Origin: an uncultured virus (IMG/VR IMGVR_UViG_3300037418_002777)
Lineage: Duplodnaviria; Heunggongvirae; Uroviricota; Caudoviricetes
Direction: 5' to 3' (one strand)
DNA: 64,000 bases
Virus record (IMG/VR): IMGVR_UViG_3300037418_002777
Shown: positions 47,285 through 55,399 of the stretch, piece after piece
Layout: every line of letters begins with the position of its first letter
Position numbering within the stretch: the first letter of the stretch is position 1
Program-made: the position numbers and the translations under genes
Notes under the pieces: generated by a model
What the model was told of the DNA's origin: nothing
Database searches by the model: none
What the model saw: the letters and a program-made list of their open reading frames with translations, nothing else

Positions 47285-48136
47285 TTAATCGTTCTTCGGG
47301 TCGTGCTCCCAGACGTCCATCGCGCGCTTGCCCTTGTGGCGCAACTCGGCCAGGGGTTGCCACTCGGCGTCGCTGGGCAGCAGGTAGTCGATGCGGTCGC
47401 ACAGCACCATCCAGCGCTGGCGCAGTTCTTCTTTCAGGTCCTGCGTGCGCTCGTCAAAGGGCGTCTCGGCCAGGCGGCCCAGGCGCTCGTTGCTGCGGGC
47501 AAGGATCGGCAGGCGCGCGCTGCCCTGGACGTCGCCGTACAGCGCAACCTTGATGTCGGCCAGCTTCGGGTTGCCGGGCAGAGGCAAGCCGGTCTGGGGT
47601 TGGGGTTGGGGTTGGGGTTGGGGTTGCTCGTCTTCGGTCGCGGCGCAAGCCTGCACGGTGCCGACGATCTGCGCCTTGATCAGGTCGAGCAGGTCGTCGA
47701 GCTTCTGTTCGATGCGGGTCTGCTGCTGCTCGATGCCGTCCAGGCGCTTTTCCATGCGCTCCTGCCGCTCGGACTGACGGGCAAGCCGCATGGCTGCGTC
47801 CTCGACCTTGTCGACCAGCTCGGCGCGCAGGTCGGTCAGGTCAGCGTAGACGAGGTCGACGACGGTCGCCTGCAGTGACTGGACAGCTTTCGCAGTGACT
47901 TGGATATCACTGACCTCTTGGGCGGCTGCGTCGCGGCGGGCCTGAACGGCCCGCTGCCGACGGGAAGCGATACGGCAGGCGCAGCTGACCTTCCCGAGGC
48001 GAAGGTAGCTGGCGCGCACAATACGCTCCGGCGCGCCACAAGAGCACGTAACGCGCACATAAGCGTGGCCGTTCTTAGAGTCGGCAGGGCCGGTCACGGT
48101 GAAGTTGTCAAAGGTTGTTCCGATAGCAAAGCTCAT
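47285..48136 (-). CDS. protein with N-terminal Cys module (as found on HNH/AP2 endonucleases), coiled coil and (QP)n linker
   Basis: GTTFDNFTV...VTCSCG...VRASYLRLGKVSCAC; GGAG RBS. Confidence 0.6.
   Translation of the reverse strand: MSFAIGTTFDNFTVTGPADSKNGHAYVRVTCSCGAPERIVRASYLRLGKVSCACRIASRRQRAVQARRDAAAQEVSDIQVTAKAVQSLQATVVDLVYADLTDLRAELVDKVEDAAMRLARQSERQERMEKRLDGIEQQQTRIEQKLDDLLDLIKAQIVGTVQACAATEDEQPQPQPQPQPQTGLPLPGNPKLADIKVALYGDVQGSARLPILARSNERLGRLAETPFDERTQDLKEELRQRWMVLCDRIDYLLPSDAEWQPLAELRHKGKRAMDVWEHDPKND
47596..47625 (+). repeat. (GGGGTT)5 microsatellite encoding (QP)n on the minus strand
   Basis: Read directly. Confidence 0.9.
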
Positions 48137-48235
48137 GGTTTGGGCTCCAAAGTTGGGAGTCAGCAATATATACCGACAAAGACTGACTCGACAACTGAAT
48201 TCTGGCGAGGCTGTCGACCGAATGCACTGAACGCA

Positions 48236-48452
48236 GTCGACTACTGTCGACACCTAAGGCGACTTTAGTCGACACAGGTCGACACGAGCCGCCACTATAG
48301 GCGACATTCGGCCGACCCCTGTCGACTTTGGGCCGACTATCGGCCGACTTTTAGGCGACCTCAGTCGACGTTCGGCCGACTAGGGTCGACTTTAGGCGAC
48401 CCCGGCCGACTTTTAGGCGACCTCAGGCGACGTTCGGCCGACTATAGTCGAC
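48236..48452 (+). repeat. array of 21 GBCGAC units at about 10.5 bp period
   Basis: Unit starts counted by hand from 48236 to 48447; spacers of 4-6 nt. Confidence 0.9.
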
Positions 48453-48499
48453 ATGCGACTAAGTCAGTCGGACTGACACAGGTCGACCTTGGGCGATCG

Positions 48500-49140
48500 G
48501 CTAAACCTTTGATTTTAAACACTTTGCCAAAGTCAGCAAAGTTTGCTGTTTGTTGTGCAGCAGATAACAAACAGACCCCAAATTTACACGTAAGCGGCAA
48601 ATTGGGCGACACCTTACAGCAAAAATCGCAAAAGTGCGAGTTAAGCTCTCCCTTAAATCGACGAAAACGTTGACTGTTTTGGCAAGATATTTTGACAACA
48701 TTTCTGAAGAGCAAGAACTGCCTAAAAAAGTGGCGACACAAAGGCCCAAGTTTGACGCGAAAAAATTTAAATTACTCGCCCCTTATTTAACTGAGCCCGG
48801 CCAAGTTCCCAAACCAAACTTACCGGAAAAGGGAGACTTACCGCGTTTGGGAGACAAATAAAGGGGGTTTCTGAAAATCCCTATAAGCCGGGCTGGCGGC
48901 TTCGAGCGCTAGCAAAATCCAGGGAAAACACCCAAAATAAAGGTGCACTTTTTCAGCAGTGGCCAAGTGACCGAAAAAATGAAAAAACGCTCCAGCCAAA
49001 AATTTGAATTGGGTAGTGGAGCGAAACATTACTCCGTAAGAGACTTACAAAATTCAACACTTGCTCTATGAGAGAGTATAGGAGTAGAATTTAACTTACC
49101 AGTTTTGGACTGTCGTTTTTCTTCCACTCTTATATAGGAC
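48500..49140. other. AT-rich non-coding region with many A/T tracts (candidate origin or promoter region)
   Basis: Sharp compositional shift, no credible ORF, adjacent to the repeat array. Confidence 0.55.
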
Positions 49141-49146
49141 TTGCCC

Positions 49147-49866
49147 ATGTACTCCCTGCCACCTGAACATGTGCCTCAACTCTTCACCTGCTCCAAGTCG
49201 GTCTACCGAATCCTTGCCGATGGGCAATTTCGCGAACTGACGCACTTGGTCGGCGGTCGCCTGGTCGGCAAGATCAACGGCGAGGTGATTCAGGCGACGG
49301 ATATCGCGTGGTGTCTGCATTACGGCAACTGGCCGAAATTCCCGCTGGTCCAGCTCGACGGCAACCCTCACAACTGCTCGCTGGACAACCTCATGCCGGC
49401 ACGCCTGAACCGCTTGCGCTACCGTGAGACCGAGAAGGACGGCTTGTACTACCACCCCTTGAGCGCGACGGGCTTTCGCTCGCCTGAGACCTGCCGCCTG
49501 AACTGGGCAGTGTTCGCGCGTGAGCACTACATGAAGGACCTCGACTACGTGCTGCACCTGGAGGCGCAGGAGCGCGAACTGCGCCGCGGCGTGCCGGTGC
49601 CCGAGTTGCCGAAGATCCGCACGCGCGGGCCGAATCGCCCGCGCACGCCGGACGGCGTGGTGCGCTCGACCCGGCCGGCTCCGGTCGAGGGCATGGAGTG
49701 GCACTGGTACGAGGGCAAGTGGATCAGCGTGCCGGTGGCCTGCCACATCGCGGATGACTACCTCGAGCGCATCCGCAAGTGGCTGGCTGGCGCGGTGCGC
49801 TTCGCCTTCAACCCGGACTACCAGGAGGTGTGGGGCTACAACGAGGCCGGCGCGGTGGTGCGCTAG
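49147..49866 (+). CDS. protein with degenerate HNH-like N-terminal domain
   Basis: DIAWCLHYGNWP...LVQLDGNPHNCSLDNL resembles the HNH_3 pattern without the catalytic His; only plus-strand gene in the early region. Confidence 0.6.
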   Translation: MYSLPPEHVPQLFTCSKSVYRILADGQFRELTHLVGGRLVGKINGEVIQATDIAWCLHYGNWPKFPLVQLDGNPHNCSLDNLMPARLNRLRYRETEKDGLYYHPLSATGFRSPETCRLNWAVFAREHYMKDLDYVLHLEAQERELRRGVPVPELPKIRTRGPNRPRTPDGVVRSTRPAPVEGMEWHWYEGKWISVPVACHIADDYLERIRKWLAGAVRFAFNPDYQEVWGYNEAGAVVR

Positions 49867-50024
49867 ACCTCGACGTACGCCAGCAGAGGAAACCGCTCCA
49901 CGCTGTTGGTGCGGACCTTGCGGGCTTGGGCGGCGCTGGTTTTGACCCACCAGGCGGAGGCGAAGTAGAAGCGCTGCTCAATCTTCACCTGCTCGAATCG
50001 GCGCGCAGTGAGCATCGGAATCAT
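49863..50024 (-). CDS. hypothetical protein (53 aa)
   Basis: Manual translation MIPMLTARRF...; coupled. Confidence 0.45.
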   Translation of the reverse strand: MIPMLTARRFEQVKIEQRFYFASAWWVKTSAAQARKVRTNSVERFPLLAYVEV

Positions 50025-50236
50025 GGTTGTGGCCTCAGCAGGTCAGCCCCGCTGGCGCGCGGGTCGATGCCGAACGCCTGGCCCAGCGCCTGCAGGCGCT
50101 CGGGCGCGATGCCTTGGCGCGCGCTGTCGTACTCGGCGATCGCCTTGGCCTGGCTGCGGGCACCCTTGTACTGGGCGGCATAGACGCGCTTGAGCGCGTC
50201 GACCAGCAGAAACATCGGGATGTTGTCGCTCATCAT
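50021..50236 (-). CDS. hypothetical protein
   Basis: MMSDNIPMF...; GAGG RBS. Confidence 0.55.
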   Translation of the reverse strand: MMSDNIPMFLLVDALKRVYAAQYKGARSQAKAIAEYDSARQGIAPERLQALGQAFGIDPRASGADLLRPQP

Positions 50237-50604
50237 GCCACCTCGTAGCCAAGGCCCATCAGGCAAGTCTGGACGTCGCGCGGCAGCAGGTGCTCGGCGG
50301 CCAGGAACGTGCGCCCGGCCAGCCAGAAGCGGCCCTCGTACAGGCCCTTGGCGTGGCGGAAATAGCCCACTTCGAGCTCCGGGTTGACCACGATCTGGTA
50401 CTGGCCATGCTGGCGGCACAGCGCGAACGTGGTAACCACTTCGGTCACGGTGAACTCGTGCAGCGGCGTCAAGCGGTTTTCGCCGGTGGGCAGGGCGCGC
50501 GCTTGGCGCCCGAGCAGGTGACGCATGATGCCTCCCTGTACTTTTTGGATGAGTTTTCGCATGGTGAGGGAAATCGGGTGGTTGTGCTGTTGCTTTGTGG
50601 TCAC
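50233..50604 (-). CDS. hypothetical protein
   Basis: Coupled ORF; true start may be internal (MMRHLL). Confidence 0.5.
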   Translation of the reverse strand: MTTKQQHNHPISLTMRKLIQKVQGGIMRHLLGRQARALPTGENRLTPLHEFTVTEVVTTFALCRQHGQYQIVVNPELEVGYFRHAKGLYEGRFWLAGRTFLAAEHLLPRDVQTCLMGLGYEVA

Positions 50605-50921
50605 AGGGCGCGCGCGGCGGTCTCCAGCTCGCCCATCAGGCGCTCGAGCGCGGCCTGGTCGTGGTGGGGCTGGCCGGCCGGCTGCCAGGTGCCGTAGCTG
50701 ATCGCGCCGAAGTCGTAGGCGGTCATCACGAAGCGCTCCAGGCTGTCGGCCGTTTGCAGGTCGCGCTGGCCCGGCGAGATTGCGCCCTGCGTGGTGCCGC
50801 CGATGTTGCGGTCGACGTCGGCGAACATCACGCGCCCATCGGCCAGCAGCGCGCAGGCGATGCGCTGGCCCTTGTCGCTGTACATGCGGCCGGTGTTGAA
50901 GGTGACGATGTTGGTGGTCAT
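50601..50921 (-). CDS. conserved-looking phage early protein
   Basis: FNTGRMYSDKGQRI...FADVDRNIGG; GGAG RBS. Confidence 0.65.
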   Translation of the reverse strand: MTTNIVTFNTGRMYSDKGQRIACALLADGRVMFADVDRNIGGTTQGAISPGQRDLQTADSLERFVMTAYDFGAISYGTWQPAGQPHHDQAALERLMGELETAARAL

Positions 50922-50991
50922 GGCGGTCTCCGGATGTGAAAAGGGCCGCGCGCGGCGGCCCTTATAGCAGGTTGTCGGTAATGTTTTGGTC

Positions 50992-51180
50992 TTATGCCAG
51001 CGTGGCCAGCTGTCTGGCCAGTTCGCGCTCGCCCAGCTCGCGCACCTTGGCGCAGGCTTCCGTCCAGGTCAGGTTGGCGGCCTCGATGCGGCCGCTCTCG
51101 TGCTCGACGCAATAGGCGCGCAGCGGGTTGATCGTGGTCGTGCTGTGCTCTTTGGCGAGCATTTTGCGTGCTTTGTACAT
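50992..51180 (-). CDS. hypothetical protein
   Basis: GGGAG RBS. Confidence 0.55.
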   Translation of the reverse strand: MYKARKMLAKEHSTTTINPLRAYCVEHESGRIEAANLTWTEACAKVRELGERELARQLATLA

Positions 51181-51356
51181 TGTTCAGTTTCTCCCTAGTA
51201 AAATTACGGCGCGCAGGTGCGTGTTCGAATTGACACCCTTTCCCGCGCCCCAGCCAATCGACAGCAAAATCAAAGCCAAAATCTACCCCAACTGGCTCAG
51301 CCAGGCCAGCAGGCCGGACGCCATCAGCAGGCCCAGCAGGGCGGCCAGCGCCGCCC

Positions 51357-51533
51357 TCATGCCAGTGCCGCCATCAGCTGGCCCAGCCACGAGTGCTCGG
51401 CGCGCAGCCAGACGTCGGCCACGCCCGCGGCCACCGCGGCCAGGTAGGCCAGCGCCAGCAGGAAGTCGCGGCGCTGCTGGTGCCGCACCACGGCGCACGC
51501 GCGGCGCCATTCGGATTCGGAAAAATGGGTCAT
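51357..51533 (-). CDS. small membrane protein
   Basis: MTHFSESEW...FLLALAYLAAVAAGV; GAGGAG RBS. Confidence 0.5.
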   Translation of the reverse strand: MTHFSESEWRRACAVVRHQQRRDFLLALAYLAAVAAGVADVWLRAEHSWLGQLMAALA

Positions 51534-51745
51534 GTGGGCTCCTCCTCGGCGGCGATGTCGGCTTCGATGTCGGCGACTAGGTCGAGCGCCTGTTGCCGGG
51601 TCAGGCCCTTGTCGGCCAGCCGGCCGCTGGGCGCCTCGACGCACCAGCACAGGTACTCGCCCTCAGGCGACTTGGCCATGTAGTAGTCGTCGTCGTTGTC
51701 GTACTCGGCCATGCGCATCTTGCGCGCGCCCCATTGTTTGCTCAT
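51530..51745 (-). CDS. hypothetical acidic protein
   Basis: GGAG RBS. Confidence 0.55.
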   Translation of the reverse strand: MSKQWGARKMRMAEYDNDDDYYMAKSPEGEYLCWCVEAPSGRLADKGLTRQQALDLVADIEADIAAEEEPT

Positions 51746-51754
51746 GATGAGTGC

Positions 51755-52460
51755 TCCAGGCGTGACGATGCCCGCGCCTGGCGCGTGGCATCGGGATTGA
51801 AAAACTCATGCGACCGCGCGCCATCCGGTCTCGCAGTCGCATTGATTTTTCACCTCATTTGAAGCGATGAGGATTCTGGTGTGCTACTAGGCTTGTACGT
51901 GCCTCAACGTGTTACATGCAGGATCAACTCACCCGGCTTGGCCCGCTGATCTGGCTCAGCCTGACCTGTTAGCTTCGTTTGCGGTAGAACGGGGCATCAA
52001 CGGCAGCTGGTCTCGGCTTGTCAGGCCTCACCTGTATTCAACCGTTGGCGGCAAGAGTCCATCCTCTCCCCTGAGTCGTGCATTGCACCTTGGCCGTGTT
52101 ACCGGCCAACGTGCCCCTTATTCACCCACGGCAGGTTAGCCGGGCCACGCTACTGAAATCGCCCACTTGCGCGCCCGGTGTCCGGTCGGCAAGCGTGCGC
52201 AAGCGCTGCTCTGCTAGAGCCTGTCTGATGTGGGTGTCAATTGTGGCCGAACCGGCGATGCCAGTCGGATCATAAAGAGCGGGCGCGGCGCATGCTCTCC
52301 GGTGGCCAGAGAGGGGCGTCTCGCCGATAGCGCTGGGCGCTATCCACCATCAACCGAGTGTTCCATGATCTCGGTACTTATCCGATGTGGGATGGTTGAG
52401 TCCTGCTAATGCCTGCCCCGCACGCGAGGCAGGCATTAGCAGCGCTGTTGCCAGCGCTGC
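51755..52460 (-). ncRNA. candidate large structured non-coding RNA or structured leader
   Basis: No credible ORF; many hairpins (see findings). Confidence 0.35.
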
Positions 52461-52468
52461 GGACTGGC

Positions 52469-53185
52469 TTATGCGGTCGCGGCTTCGGCCACGACGACAC
52501 CGACCGGCGCGGCGGTCAACAGCGCGCGCAGTTCGAGCGCTGCCTGCACTTGCGCCGCCAGCGCTGCCAGCGCGTCGCCGTCCATGCTGGACACCAGTGC
52601 CTCGGCGATGCGGTCGGCCTGCTCGCCAGTCAGCGCGCCAGAGCGCAACATGCCTTCGACGCTGGTTACCGCTTGGTCGATGGCGACGGCCGCATTGTGG
52701 GTTTCGGCCGTGCCCAGCGTGCTGGCGTCCGTGCTGGCGTCCGTGCTGGCGTCCGTGCTGGTGCCTGCGCTCGCACCGGCTTTCTTGTCCTTTTTCTCCG
52801 CCTTCTCCGCCATCACGGCATCGAACGCAACGAAGAACAGACCGGCATACCGTGCGGTCAAGGTAGCGATCTGCTCGCGCGCCACCTTGTTGTCGTGGGC
52901 GTTCAGCGCGCCCTTATAGGCCACTTTCAGCACGCCGAGCCCGTCGCCATTGGTCGAACCGATGGGGCCGAGCGCGGCAAAGCCAGCGGCGTAGGCGCGT
53001 GCCTTCTTGGCTTTGCCTTCGGTCAGGGTCAGCGCTTCGGTCAGGGGCGAGTAATTGCCCTTGAACGCTTGTTCGATGGCGCTGGTGATCGTTTCCTTGC
53101 GGTAAGCGTGGGCATGCTCGCCGCCCTTGATGTCGCCCAGCACGAAACGAGCGAAGGACGACACCAGTTTGATTTCGGTTGCCAT
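52469..53185 (-). CDS. Ala-rich first early protein with STDA repeats
   Basis: 238 aa, AGGAG RBS, 12-bp tandem repeat GTGCTGGCGTCC. Confidence 0.7.
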   Translation of the reverse strand: MATEIKLVSSFARFVLGDIKGGEHAHAYRKETITSAIEQAFKGNYSPLTEALTLTEGKAKKARAYAAGFAALGPIGSTNGDGLGVLKVAYKGALNAHDNKVAREQIATLTARYAGLFFVAFDAVMAEKAEKKDKKAGASAGTSTDASTDASTDASTLGTAETHNAAVAIDQAVTSVEGMLRSGALTGEQADRIAEALVSSMDGDALAALAAQVQAALELRALLTAAPVGVVVAEAATA

Positions 53186-53631
53186 GGTAAGACTCCTGAG
53201 ATAGATGGCGCACAGTGCGCCGCACTACGGTTATGGGATACTGCGGTTCAGTGCAAAGCACTGTCACATGGCGCGGTTGCCATGTGACAATACTTTACGG
53301 GCGCGCGCTGGCCATGATCCAACCCTGCGCGGTCAGGCTGTCATACATGGCGCGCGCCGTGTCCAGATTCGGGCAGGTGACGGGGAATGAGCGCGGCGCA
53401 TGGTCCAGCGCGCCAATCTCGAAAACATAAAAAGTCAGCATGGCAAGGGCTCCAAAGTGGGTTACGGGAAACTGCTGTGTTGCTGCACTACGGACTCAAG
53501 TATGCCACGAATAACTTACAAAGAACAGCTTATTTCGCAAAGCTGTCGATTGTATTTTTTGATCGGGCTGATAGTTTTTGGCTATCACGCCACCCCTGAA
53601 GACGCAAGCAATAAGCATGCCAGGTGCATCC

Positions 53632-53663
53632 GGTCAGACCAGTTTTGGCCGACTGGTCTGACC
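53632..53663. repeat. perfect 12-bp inverted repeat
   Basis: GGTCAGACCAGT-N8-ACTGGTCTGACC. Confidence 0.8.
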
Positions 53664-53786
53664 AATCGGCGTTAAAGCACAAACCATGCCACGCCCAGCA
53701 AGGCCCCTAAACGGGCCTGTACGGGGCGCGCGCTGGCGCAGGTGTCGGCATACCAGACCGCGCTCGTGCGGGGCGTGGCGGCGTTT

Positions 53787-53806
53787 TACTGTATGTTTGT
53801 ACAGTA
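53787..53806. promoter_or_regulatory. LexA (SOS) box
   Basis: TACTGTATGTTTGTACAGTA matches CTGT-N8-ACAG with TA flanks. Confidence 0.7.
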
Positions 53807-54058
53807 GTTTATTTAACAGATTGTGACACAATTGGCGGCGCTGGCATGGGTTTTGCTAGCGGGTTCGGTTGACGTATAGGGTCTCACGCACCCGAGGCCG
53901 GCGCCTGGCCTACCAGGTGCCCGAAAAATATCGAACCCATTTTTCAACTTTTTGTTGTAAAATAGCAACAAAACCGCACAAATCCCCCGATTTTGCAAAA
54001 TTTTTCGAAAAATTTTCTGAAAATTGGCAATTTTTCGCAAAACTGGCATACTTATTGC

Positions 54059-54367
54059 ATGTCAGCACTTAAAGACCGCCTCCAGCCCTATGTCGCGCAG
54101 ATCGTCCGCCGCGAGCTGACCAACCGCGCCGTCGCCGCCATCCTGGGCGCGTCCGAGACCCACGTCTGCCGCACCTTGCGCAAGATGGGCGTGGTACGCG
54201 ACGCCAAGCCCAGCCGCGAGAGCAAGAAAGCCCTGCTCGGAGAACGCCAGACGCTGCGCACGGACCTGGCCCGCAAGACCCTCGACGGCAGCCTGACCGT
54301 CGCCGAGGCCGCCCGCCAGGCCCATTGCAGCGAGCGCACCATCCAACGCTACCGGAGCCGCCTGTGA
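54059..54367 (+). CDS. helix-turn-helix DNA-binding protein
   Basis: TNRAVAAILGASETHVCRTL and TVAEAARQAHCSERTIQRY. Confidence 0.75.
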   Translation: MSALKDRLQPYVAQIVRRELTNRAVAAILGASETHVCRTLRKMGVVRDAKPSRESKKALLGERQTLRTDLARKTLDGSLTVAEAARQAHCSERTIQRYRSRL

Positions 54368-54798
54368 CCCTGAAGGACTACAGCGTCGCCAACCAGCAGG
54401 CCAAGTCGGCCGCCGACCCGCTCGAGCTGCTCCAAGGCCTGGACAACGACACCCTGATGCGTCTGCGCAACGCGATCGACCAGAAGCTCGACATCGACCC
54501 GCGCAGCCTGAACATGGCCGAAGAGCTGACGTTCCAGTACAAGCAGGGCAAGGCCTTGCTCGAGAGCGTCAACACCGACCGCGACGTGCCGGCCAACCAG
54601 CGCGCGCAGGTGTTCAACACGGTCGGCACCATGCTCGACAAGATTTTCAAGCAGATGAAGGTGGCGTTCGACGCCGAGCGCTTAAAGCGCTACGAGGCGG
54701 CGTTCATGAAGACCCTGGACGACTTCCCGGTCGAGGCCAAGCGCAAGTTCCTCGACATCTACAGCGACTACCTGAACCCGGACGGGACGCCGAAATGA
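54364..54798 (+). CDS. probable terminase small subunit
   Basis: Helical 144 aa ORF upstream of TerL; GTG start; function inferred from position. Confidence 0.5.
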   Translation: MTLKDYSVANQQAKSAADPLELLQGLDNDTLMRLRNAIDQKLDIDPRSLNMAEELTFQYKQGKALLESVNTDRDVPANQRAQVFNTVGTMLDKIFKQMKVAFDAERLKRYEAAFMKTLDDFPVEAKRKFLDIYSDYLNPDGTPK

Positions 54799-55310
54799 CC
54801 ACTGCAAGCTTCGGCATGGGCGGGCACCAGTCGGCGCGCATGCTCAAGGACGAATGGCTGACGCCGCCAGAACTGCTGGTCCAGCTTGGCCCATTCGACC
54901 TGGACCCCTGCGCCCCAACTTGCCCGCCGTGGGCAACCGCGCCGCGCCGCTTCACAGTCGACGACAATGGTCTGGCGCAGACTTGGTCCGGCCGCGTCTG
55001 GATGAACCCGCCGTACGGCGCCGAAGCCGCCGCCTGGCTCGAGAAGCTGGCCGCGCATGGCAACGGCATGGCGCTGATCTTCGCGCGCACCGAAACCAAG
55101 ATGTTCTTCGACCACGTCTGGGGCAAGGCCGACGCGCTGCTGTTCTTGCGCGGGCGCCTGCACTTCCACCACGTCGACGGCACCCGCGCCGCCGCCAACA
55201 GTGGCGCACCGTCGGTGCTGATCGCCTACGGGCGGCAGAACGTCGACTGCCTGCGCCGCAACGCCGGCCTGGGCGCGTTCATTCCGCTGCGTGAAGGAAC
55301 CCCGCAATGA
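54795..55310 (+). CDS. dam: phage DNA N6-adenine methyltransferase
   Basis: DEWLTP, FDLDPCA, VWMNPPYG, ARTET, LRGRLHF. Confidence 0.9.
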   Translation: MTTASFGMGGHQSARMLKDEWLTPPELLVQLGPFDLDPCAPTCPPWATAPRRFTVDDNGLAQTWSGRVWMNPPYGAEAAAWLEKLAAHGNGMALIFARTETKMFFDHVWGKADALLFLRGRLHFHHVDGTRAAANSGAPSVLIAYGRQNVDCLRRNAGLGAFIPLREGTPQ

Positions 55311-55399
55311 CCGCACGACGTCTTGCCGTGGCCCTTATGCTGGCCTTCCTGGCGCTGACCTTCGGCGGTGCGCCGCTCGCCCTGCTGCTGCTCAAATGA
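55307..55399 (+). CDS. 30-aa hydrophobic peptide
   Basis: MTARRLAVALMLAFLALTFGGAPLALLLLK; ATGA-coupled on both sides; AAGGA RBS. Confidence 0.5.
   Translation: MTARRLAVALMLAFLALTFGGAPLALLLLK

Noticed and set aside
48236..48487. Possible CRISPR array
   Set aside because: Repeats are 6 bp with 4-6 nt spacers, far too short, and no cas genes are present.
51755..52460. tRNA, tmRNA or self-splicing intron
   Set aside because: No cloverleaf, T-loop or CCA end, tag ORF or intron core elements recognised by eye.
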